A stretch of DNA of 28,132 bases from Elusimicrobiota bacterium (GTDB lineage: Bacteria; Elusimicrobiota; Elusimicrobia; Elusimicrobiales; UBA9959), in contig DAIENX010000003.1 in the NCBI GenBank assembly GCA_027340875.1, forward strand, positions 1 to 28,132. The letters are read 5' to 3'. The position numbers and the translations under genes are program-made. The notes under the pieces are model-generated. The model did not search any database. It was not told the origin of the DNA and saw only the letters and a list, made by a program, of their open reading frames with translations. Below, in pieces: positions 11,938 to 19,254 of the stretch (position 1 is its first letter; every line of letters begins with the position of its first letter).

Positions 11938-14150
11938 TTAATACCAGGACGTGGGGCCCATCCGGATGGAATCGTTCCAGGTCTCCGGGGCCGCCACCCA
12001 GGACGACGCCAGGCCGTCCCAGTATTTTATCGCCGCGCCGGTCCCGGTGGAGATGCGCACCTGCGCCTTGTTGAAGCCGGCAAGGTTCCCGTTGGCCGTG
12101 CCGTAGATGTTGGTATCGGAGGTCAGCGAGAGCTCGGTCGGGGTGGTTATGGCCACGTCCGGAGGGGTGTCGCAGATCACGAACTTCATCAGGTTCTGGC
12201 CCTGGGAGAGAACTGTCTCCCAGTTGCCCTGGCCGATACCGTCCCACGGGCGCGTGGCGTCCATCGATCTGGCTTCCAGGGCGTATTCCCTGTCCCCGGC
12301 CGGCCAGGTTATATCGTTGGGATAGATCCAGCTGCCGACGCCGGAGGCGTTGACCCAGGAGGCGGACAGCGCCGCGGTGCCGGAGCTGAAAGAGGTGCCG
12401 ATCCAGTACCAGGTGTCCCCGGAGAGCAGGTAGGACAGGCGTATCAGCGTCTTCTCCACCCCGGCGTTGTTGGCGGCATAGAAGCTGTCCGACGCCGAGC
12501 CGTAGAAACGCGAGGACGTGGCCGTCTTGCCGATATTCGCCGACTTGTAGCGGCCGCTCAAGCCGTTGGAGTCGTCAGCCGGGAGCGTGACGGAGGTCGC
12601 CGGCGGCGCCTTGTCCACGAAGACCACGCGCGAGGACACGTCCACGACGAACTGGTCCTGCAGGTTGCCGGCCACGTCGGTGGAGCGGGTCAGCAGCAGG
12701 TACTTGAGGCCGCCGGGAGAGGCGGAGTCCAGGCCGGCCGGGGCGTAGGCCCAGCTGGTGGCGTTCGGCGAGAGGAAGCCGTTCGCGCCGCCTACGTACA
12801 GCCAGTAGGGGTTGGACTGCAGCGCGTTGAAGCCCGTGCCGTCGTACCAGAGCTGCGGGCTGCCCCACTGCTGTATGGCCACCTGCACGCTCTCGTTCCG
12901 GCCGTTGTCCGCCGCGGTGCCGGAAAGTTCCGCGATGATATTGACCCCTTGCAGGCCGTCCGGCAGGAGTATCCGGGCCGTAGGCGAGGCGGTGTCTATG
13001 GTGAACTGCTGGTAGGGCGTGGGGAAATATTTCTGCCGGCCGGCCTTGTCGGTGATCCTGACCTGGACCTCGTAGGTCTTGCTGTTCTCGAAGGCCGGCA
13101 GGCCGGTGTTCAGGTGCCAGCCCTCGGAATTGGAGTCGAAGAACCCGTCGTCCGGCACGGCCGGCAGCCAGACCGCTCCCGAAGCGGTCCAACTGGAGCC
13201 CGTCCAGTAATAGGTGCCCGACATCGTGGAGATATCCACCTCCACGTTCACCACCTTGCCGACGCCTACGTCCGACGCCAGGCCGTAGATCGAAGGGACG
13301 CTGCGCTCGTACTGCGCGTTCGGTTCCGCGAGGGTGGTGGCCGGGTCGTCGCCGTCTATATAGAAATATCTTTCCGGCAGCGGCGTCAGCTCCGGTATGC
13401 CGTCGATGTCGGAAGCGGCCCTGGACTTCACGCTGAAATACGCGGTGCCGGCTGGCCAGATGCCTGCGGTGGCCCTGCTCCAGTTCGGCGCCGCTATGCT
13501 GTCCACGCCGAAGTAGCCGCAGGTGGACTTCCCGATCACATAGGTGGAGTCGGTACAGCCGGCCAGATAGGTGACCGTGGAGATCCAGCCGCCCGGGGTC
13601 CAGACCTGGTTGGGGGTGACGCTGAGATCGGTTATCATCACCTGCACGGTGTCCGCGGCCTGCAGCGTGCCGCTGATGACGGCCAGGTCCGTAGGCCGGT
13701 AGTACGGCACGCCGCTGGGCGGCACGGAGATGGTGGAGTCCGGCAGCGGCGTCACCTTGTTGATCTTGATGAGGGAGGACTGCGCGGGCGGCGTGGTGAA
13801 GCCGGCGTAGCCGGGCCAGGCGGTCTTGTTGTCCACCAGGTCCGTGGCCCTGGCGAAGACCAGGTAGCTCTGGCCGTTGACCAGCGCCGGCACGCTGGAG
13901 CCGGTCACGGTCCACGGCACGGGCGTGGCGGTGGAAGTGGAGGCCTCCACGTAAGCCAACTCGGGCGGCGGGTTGATGCCGTCGCCCAGGCTGAAAGTGC
14001 CCACGGTGGCCGGGTTCCACCATTTCTGCGCCGTAAGGCTGTAATAAGCCACCTGCACCCGCTTGACACCGGTGTAGGTATCTGCGGCGGTGCCGGAAAG
14101 GGAGCTGAACACGTACACGTCGGCCGTTGCCGGCGACTGTATGAGGGTGG
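1..14150 (-). repeat. 11-domain Ig super-repeat (~4.15-4.3 kb period), about 3.5 units visible
   Basis: Approximate unit starts at 14150, 10725, 6570 and 2255. Recurrent landmarks: VSS..V.D..PP (12620, 9190, 5065, 765) and GPTSWY(Y)TV (11945, 8570, 4360). An identical 36-nt stretch occurs at 6883-6918 and 11047-11082, and a 29-nt stretch at 6658-6686 and 10813-10841. Confidence 0.8.
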
Positions 14151-17100
14151 TGGGCGGGGTGCGGTCCGGACGGAAGGTGTTCTGGTTGCGCCCCTGGGAG
14201 AACACTGATTCCACGTTGGACTTGAGGATGTTGTCCTTGTCCAGCGCGCTGTCCGCCGCGCGCACCCTGACGCGGTAAGGCCTGCCGTCCACGGCGGCCG
14301 CAAAGAGGGTGGAGGTGTTATAAGTATAGGTACTGTCCGCCACCAGGGCCATGTCCTTCCAGGTGGCAGCGCCGCCGCAGGCGCCGCTGAAATCGGTGCC
14401 GTTCCAGCAGGTGAGCGTGACCTCGTCGCGCACCTCGGCCTGCATGCCGCTCACCAGGCCGCCGGAGGCGAGTCCCGTGAGCGGCAGGTCCACGGCCGAG
14501 CCGACTATCGCCGAGAGCTGGTAGCCGGCGTTATTGCTGTACCAGGAGTTGTCAGAAGGCGACAGAATGGTGGAGGTGGGCGGCTGCACCTCGTACTTGA
14601 AGGTCTTCTTGAGCGTGGTCGAGGACTCGACGTTCCGGAAAGTGCCGTCGGGCAGGTCCACGTTGTCCTTCGACCAGGCGTAGACCTTGAACTCGTCCGC
14701 GGTAGGAACGCCCGTCCAGAAGCCGCCCATGCTCTGGTGGTTCCAGGAAGCGGCCGGCGACTGGCAGGAGTCGTTGCGGCTGGCCTGCCAGCCGTTGACC
14801 GTGCCGTTCCACCACAGGCCGTCGGACTGGCGCTGCACGCCTATGCAGGTCATGTTGAGGCCGGACTGGCGGGTGGTGTCCGGCATGTCGTTGGCCGTGC
14901 CGGAGATGTTGGTGAGGGCGGTGTCGGAATAGGTGGCGCCGGTCAGCGGGTTCAGCACCGCGGTAGCCGGGGGTGTGGCGTCGTACCTGAACACCACCGT
15001 GGAATATACGGTGGAGTAGTTGCCGGCCTTGTCCAGCGCGCGGCCCACGTAGGTATACTGCTCTCCGGAGAGCCACGCTATATTGGAGGACTGCCACACA
15101 TCGTAGGGGACCGTGGTGGTGGTCCCGCCCACGTTCCAGATGTCGTTCGTCTGGTCCAGCCACAGGGAGGAGGCCTTATCCCACTTCGCCAGCGGCGGGT
15201 GGCTCAGCGTGTACTCGGTCTTCGACACCTTGGAGAAGCCGTCGTTGGCGGTGCCGAGCAGCCGGACAAGGGAGTTCAGTCCGTAATTACCGCCGGAGAC
15301 CGGGAAGGTTATCCCGAGGGTGGGGATCTCGCTGTCGTAGAGGAAGTAGCCGCTGGTGGCCGGGGAAAGGGCCGTGCCGGTGGAGTTATTGGCGGCGTCC
15401 GCGGCGTATACCGCCACGTCGTACCAGAAGCCGTTCTTCCAGTCGGTGGAGACGCCGATGCTGAACGGGTAGGGGTCAGAGGCCGGTGCGTACTGCGCGT
15501 ACTGATAGATGGGGCTTGGCGAAGCGCAGCCGCTGCCCCACTTGTCCGCGCCGCCCTGCTCGTAGACGCAGTAGTAGACCCGGCGGGTGCCGATGACGTT
15601 GTCCACCACGTTGTCCAGCAGGCTGCCCTGCAGGAAGTCGAAGGAGTTGCGCCAGACGTTGGCCGGGTCGCCCTGGGAGACCGGCGCGTTGGGCATCAGC
15701 GCCTCCGGCACCGTGACGGTTATCGTCGGCGCGGTGACGTCGTAGTAGAAATCGCGGCTCAGGCCCACGGTCTGGGGATTGAACTTGTCGGAGGCTCTGG
15801 CCTGGATGCGGTACTTCCTGCCGTCTATCCAGGCCGGCAGCTTGGAGTGCGCTACGTTGTCCGGGACGGCCTTGACTATGAAGTTCAGCGACTTGTTGAG
15901 ACATTCGTCGCCGCAGGAGTAATTGGTCAGCGTGCCCGGCGGAGAAGGCAGCTGGACCACGTAGTACCAGGTGGCGGGGACCTGAAATCCCGTGGCGTCA
16001 AAGCCGGTCCAGTAGGTATCGTCGTTGCCAACCGCCTCGCCTATCGTGCCGTTGGGACCGGAGTTTATCAGCTGCATCTGCACGCTCTGGAGGCCCACCC
16101 CCGCGTCGGCGGCCGTACCCTGTATGCTGAGCAGGGAACTGTTGCTGGAGTTGGGGACCGGCATAGTGAAGTTGACGCCGGGAGGCGACTTGTCTATCTT
16201 GAACGTCACCGCGCTGGAGGGGTTCCCGAAGCCCCTGTCGCTGGTCTTGCCGCGGCTCTCCAGCGTGTAGGTGGCCCCGTCGGCCTGCGCGGCGGCGTCG
16301 TTGGGCCAGCCGCCGTTGGACCAGGTGGTGATGCCGCTGGTGACCTGCAGCCACTGCTGGCCGGAAATGGCGGGGTCCACGTAGTTCACGGAGTTCCACT
16401 GGTAGCCGTCGGAGCGGGTTATCCTCATTTCGGGGGCGATGTTGCTCTGGCCCGCCGCCGGCGACAGGCCGGAGACGCCGGTGATCTGCGCTATGCCGCT
16501 GGAATAAAGTATGGGCTCCACCGGGTAGGTGAGGTCGGAGGAAGGCACGGTCACGGTGGCCACTCCGGCCTTGAAGCCGTCGCGGCCGTCCCAGTTCGAG
16601 ATGAAGGCGTCCATGGGCCCTCCGGCGACGGACTGGTCCACGGTGAAATGCGCCTGGATCTGCGTGGCGCTGTTGTAGGTCACGCTGGTGATGGCCACGC
16701 CGGCCACCGCCGAACCGTTGCGGGAGAACATGACGCCCGGGGCAGGATTGTTCAGGAAGCCTGTGCCGGTGAAGGTGATGTCGTAGGTGGGGTCCGTGGC
16801 GTAGTCCACCAGACCGGCGCCTATGCCCACGGTGGCCGGGGAAGCGGAGGTCACGCCGGGCGGGGCATTGTTCGACGTGGGCAGCCTGTCGAATTCCACG
16901 ACTCCGCCCGCGGTCCAGGCCACGGGCACGGGATAGGGCAGCTGTATGTAGGAAGGCGCCTGCGGGGAAGTGGCGCCGCCGGCGCTTTGCTGCCAGTCGC
17001 GCGTTATCGAGAATTCGCCGGCGGCGGTGGCCGTGGCCGGTCCTACGGCGTAATTGACCGAGCCGTACGTGGAGAGATAGATGATGTAAACCTTATTATA

Positions 17101-18243
17101 GGAGGCGGCGTCGGCGGCGTCCTTGGCGGCGTATACTACCGAGGGCTGGCCGTAAGGGGTGGCGAAGGCGGCGCCGAGATTGTCTATGGCGAGGGGCCCG
17201 ACGCCCCACGTGCCGGCCGCCGTGCGCCGCATGTAGACCAGCGAGCCGGTGTTATCGATAAAGGCCAGATGCACTACCGAGGCATTGGGCTCTGACGCCA
17301 TGGACGGGGCATAATACGGGTCGTTGCCGCCGGTGCCGGGGGCAGTGCTCCATTCGCGGGCCTCGTAGGTGGTCCCGTTATACCGGTGTATCCTCAGCGA
17401 GCCGGGGCGGTCGCTCCGGTCCACCTGCGCCTCTATCACTTTCCAGGTGCCGCCGTCGTTCACCGGCACTATGGTGCCGAACTGCTTGTAGGGGCCGGCG
17501 CCCTCGCTGGTGCGGTCGTTCTGGTCCACCGATATCACCGTTCCGCCCACGAGGTTGAGCCCCACGTCCGGCTGGCCCAGCACGGAGGTCTGGGTACCGC
17601 CGCGGCGCTTGGCGTCGCAGACCCAGGCCACCGCGCCGGTGGTCATGTTGCCTATCAGCGCTATGCTCACGTTGCCGCCGGCGTAGCAGTCCGAAGGCGT
17701 CCTGCCGTCCACGTTGCCGGTTATCGGCCGGGTCTGCAGGCCGCCCCAGGTGATGCTGCCGTCCGCATTGAGCGTGCCCTTCTTCAGGAAAATGTTATTG
17801 GCTGGGGGAGGATTAGTGGGATCGGTATCCGCGGACGGGTCGTTGGCCACCGCGTAGACCACGCTGTCGGTGGCCACGTAGTAGACGCTGCCGTACATCA
17901 GGTTCACGCTGCCGCCGGCCTCGATGGTGGAGATGGCCACCTCTTCCGCCGACCAGGTGGCGCCGTTGAAAGAGCGGCTGGCGAAGCCTTTGGCGTTCTC
18001 GTAGAACACCCAGGTACGCTTGTAGCCTTCGCTGTAGAAGACCTTCCTGGAGGCGGGCCAGTCCGTGCTGTCGGCGCCGCTTATGGGCTGCGGAGCGGCG
18101 TAGCCCGGCAGGCGGAACGCCGCAAGGGCGGGGAGGAGCAGGAGCAGGGCGGCGGCGGCGCGGCCCTTGAAGCGGGCGGCAAGGACGGAGGCGAGGCCTT
18201 TAAGGCCCGCCGAGTTCCTCCGTTCTCCCGCTATAGCCGGCAT
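11938..18243 (-). CDS. Giant exported Ig-like repeat protein (putative adhesin/surface protein), N-terminal 2101 aa up to an internal TAA
   Basis: ORF track 2101 aa. Basic N-region plus hydrophobic stretch (RFKGRAAAALLLLLPALAAFRLPGYAAP) resembles a Sec signal. ~16880-18090 is a beta-rich, propeller-like region. ~16560-16870 is IPT/TIG-like (PPGVTSASP..YDITFTGTGF..VTYNSATQI). Then ~12 repeats of 115-150 aa with pattern D.T.P...I..P / GTA.D / YW.G..W / Y...RA.D.AGN, typical of bacterial Ig-like domains. Domain family names are by eye, not HMM. Confidence 0.88.
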   Translation of the reverse strand: MPAIAGERRNSAGLKGLASVLAARFKGRAAAALLLLLPALAAFRLPGYAAPQPISGADSTDWPASRKVFYSEGYKRTWVFYENAKGFASRSFNGATWSAEEVAISTIEAGGSVNLMYGSVYYVATDSVVYAVANDPSADTDPTNPPPANNIFLKKGTLNADGSITWGGLQTRPITGNVDGRTPSDCYAGGNVSIALIGNMTTGAVAWVCDAKRRGGTQTSVLGQPDVGLNLVGGTVISVDQNDRTSEGAGPYKQFGTIVPVNDGGTWKVIEAQVDRSDRPGSLRIHRYNGTTYEAREWSTAPGTGGNDPYYAPSMASEPNASVVHLAFIDNTGSLVYMRRTAAGTWGVGPLAIDNLGAAFATPYGQPSVVYAAKDAADAASYNKVYIIYLSTYGSVNYAVGPATATAAGEFSITRDWQQSAGGATSPQAPSYIQLPYPVPVAWTAGGVVEFDRLPTSNNAPPGVTSASPATVGIGAGLVDYATDPTYDITFTGTGFLNNPAPGVMFSRNGSAVAGVAITSVTYNSATQIQAHFTVDQSVAGGPMDAFISNWDGRDGFKAGVATVTVPSSDLTYPVEPILYSSGIAQITGVSGLSPAAGQSNIAPEMRITRSDGYQWNSVNYVDPAISGQQWLQVTSGITTWSNGGWPNDAAAQADGATYTLESRGKTSDRGFGNPSSAVTFKIDKSPPGVNFTMPVPNSSNSSLLSIQGTAADAGVGLQSVQMQLINSGPNGTIGEAVGNDDTYWTGFDATGFQVPATWYYVVQLPSPPGTLTNYSCGDECLNKSLNFIVKAVPDNVAHSKLPAWIDGRKYRIQARASDKFNPQTVGLSRDFYYDVTAPTITVTVPEALMPNAPVSQGDPANVWRNSFDFLQGSLLDNVVDNVIGTRRVYYCVYEQGGADKWGSGCASPSPIYQYAQYAPASDPYPFSIGVSTDWKNGFWYDVAVYAADAANNSTGTALSPATSGYFLYDSEIPTLGITFPVSGGNYGLNSLVRLLGTANDGFSKVSKTEYTLSHPPLAKWDKASSLWLDQTNDIWNVGGTTTTVPYDVWQSSNIAWLSGEQYTYVGRALDKAGNYSTVYSTVVFRYDATPPATAVLNPLTGATYSDTALTNISGTANDMPDTTRQSGLNMTCIGVQRQSDGLWWNGTVNGWQASRNDSCQSPAASWNHQSMGGFWTGVPTADEFKVYAWSKDNVDLPDGTFRNVESSTTLKKTFKYEVQPPTSTILSPSDNSWYSNNAGYQLSAIVGSAVDLPLTGLASGGLVSGMQAEVRDEVTLTCWNGTDFSGACGGAATWKDMALVADSTYTYNTSTLFAAAVDGRPYRVRVRAADSALDKDNILKSNVESVFSQGRNQNTFRPDRTPPTTLIQSPATADVYVFSSLSGTAADTYTGVKRVQVAYYSLTAQKWWNPATVGTFSLGDGINPPPELAYVEASTSTATPVPWTVTGSSVPALVNGQSYLVFARATDLVDNKTAWPGYAGFTTPPAQSSLIKINKVTPLPDSTISVPPSGVPYYRPTDLAVISGTLQAADTVQVMITDLSVTPNQVWTPGGWISTVTYLAGCTDSTYVIGKSTCGYFGVDSIAAPNWSRATAGIWPAGTAYFSVKSRAASDIDGIPELTPLPERYFYIDGDDPATTLAEPNAQYERSVPSIYGLASDVGVGKVVNVEVDISTMSGTYYWTGSSWTASGAVWLPAVPDDGFFDSNSEGWHLNTGLPAFENSKTYEVQVRITDKAGRQKYFPTPYQQFTIDTASPTARILLPDGLQGVNIIAELSGTAADNGRNESVQVAIQQWGSPQLWYDGTGFNALQSNPYWLYVGGANGFLSPNATSWAYAPAGLDSASPGGLKYLLLTRSTDVAGNLQDQFVVDVSSRVVFVDKAPPATSVTLPADDSNGLSGRYKSANIGKTATSSRFYGSASDSFYAANNAGVEKTLIRLSYLLSGDTWYWIGTSFSSGTAALSASWVNASGVGSWIYPNDITWPAGDREYALEARSMDATRPWDGIGQGNWETVLSQGQNLMKFVICDTPPDVAITTPTELSLTSDTNIYGTANGNLAGFNKAQVRISTGTGAAIKYWDGLASSWVAAPETWNDSIRMGPTSWY

Positions 18244-18258
18244 ATCGTTCCACGGGCC

Positions 18259-18900
18259 TCAGCGGCCTTTCGGGACCTCCATGGACCTGAGCACGTTGGA
18301 GACCCAGCCCGCCAGCTTAGGGTCCGGCCCGGCCTTGAGGGCGTTCAGGGCCGACCGCGCCGCGGGGGTGCCTATCTTGCCCAGGCTCTCCACGGCGGCT
18401 ATCCTGACCAGCTCGTCCTCGTCGCCGACGGCCGCCTTGCGCAGCGCGGGTACGCCGTTGTCGGAGCCGAGCGAGCCCAGCACCTCCGCCGCCTTCCAGC
18501 GGGTGTTCCTGTCCTTGTCGCTCATCAGCGCGGCCGCCGGAGCGGCGGCGCGCCTGTCGCCCAGATCGCGCAGCCCTTCCAGCGCGCCGAGGCGCGTAAC
18601 GGTGTCCGTGGACTTGAGCGAATCGGACAGCACCAGGTAGGCGGCCTTGTCCTTGGAGCGGCCTATAAGGCGGGCGGCGCGCTCCCTGATGGCCGGATCT
18701 TCGTCGGAAAGGGACTTCTTCAGCAGGTCCATCTTCCAGGGCTGCTTCGAACCCCCGACATCTTCCAGCGCCTTGCGGCGGTTATGGAAGTCCTTGTCGG
18801 CCAGCCGGCTTTCGTCGGCGGCGCGGTCGGGCGCAGGCACGTCGGCGGCCTTGGCGGCGCCGACTGCGATCATTAATATCGTTATAATAGTCTTTAGCAT
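18259..18900 (-). CDS. Secreted HEAT/PBS-lyase-like repeat protein (~213 aa)
   Basis: Repeats L.D.D..IRERAARLIG, LMSDKDRNTRWKAAEVLG and DEDELVRIAAVESLG. Signal peptide MLKTIITILMIAVGAAKA. Start moved from the track's 19116 to the ATG at 18900. Stop lies 15 nt before the giant gene start, so the two are probably co-transcribed. Confidence 0.85.
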   Translation of the reverse strand: MLKTIITILMIAVGAAKAADVPAPDRAADESRLADKDFHNRRKALEDVGGSKQPWKMDLLKKSLSDEDPAIRERAARLIGRSKDKAAYLVLSDSLKSTDTVTRLGALEGLRDLGDRRAAAPAAALMSDKDRNTRWKAAEVLGSLGSDNGVPALRKAAVGDEDELVRIAAVESLGKIGTPAARSALNALKAGPDPKLAGWVSNVLRSMEVPKGR

Positions 18901-18987
18901 CGGTAAACGCAAAACGACCAAGCCGCTCTGCGCTACTTTCCGGCCAGTGGCCGTACGGGGGCGCGGGGCGGACACGGTAATTAAATC

Positions 18988-19015
18988 ATTATAATATAAA
19001 ATCGTTGTTTCGCAA
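18988..19015 (-). promoter_or_regulatory. Possible sigma70-type promoter upstream of the HEAT/giant gene pair
   Basis: TTGCGA (19015-19010), 16-nt spacer, TATAAT (18993-18988), within an AT-rich patch. Confidence 0.45.
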
Positions 19016-19136
19016 ACGTTAAAAAGCCGTGACATGGGCCGCGCGCCCGGGCGCGCGGGAAGAGGACGGCCCTGGGCCGCCATTATAATCCTGCCTGGCA
19101 TTCCGGCGTGGGACATCCTTGCCTCCGGCGGGGCCC

Positions 19137-19210
19137 AAAAAAGGGCCGTTTCCGCTCTCTTCGCCTCAACCCGGTTCTGGGCTGATACCCCGAAGACAGC
19201 GGAAACGGCC
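19137..19210 (-). terminator. Long intrinsic terminator hairpin (riboswitch expression platform)
   Basis: Arms 19191-19210 and 19144-19163 pair at 19/20 positions, with an inner stem UCAGCCC/GGGUUGA. The hairpin is followed on the minus strand by CUUUUUU (A-run 19137-19142). Confidence 0.8.
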
Positions 19211-19254
19211 TGAATCCGTTCCGCAACGCCGGCATAAAGCCGTACGGTCCCTGG

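Noticed and set aside
11938..11940. Genome-wide stop codon reassignment (TAA to Tyr)
   Set aside because: TAA terminates the kinase, pilin and TadE-like genes, and only one in-frame TAA is evident in about 6,000 codons
5551..14208. 2885-aa plus-strand ORF (also 19-942, 2305-2688, 3214-3810, 14737-17295, 17386-18876)
   Set aside because: These are codon-register antisense shadows of the real minus-strand genes. Antisense stops need sense TTA/CTA/TCA codons, which are rare in GC-rich genes. The translations are R/G/V-rich with no motifs.
18901..19116. Longer 285-aa start for the HEAT protein
   Set aside because: The extension crosses AT-rich promoter-like sequence and would bury the signal peptide that begins at 18900
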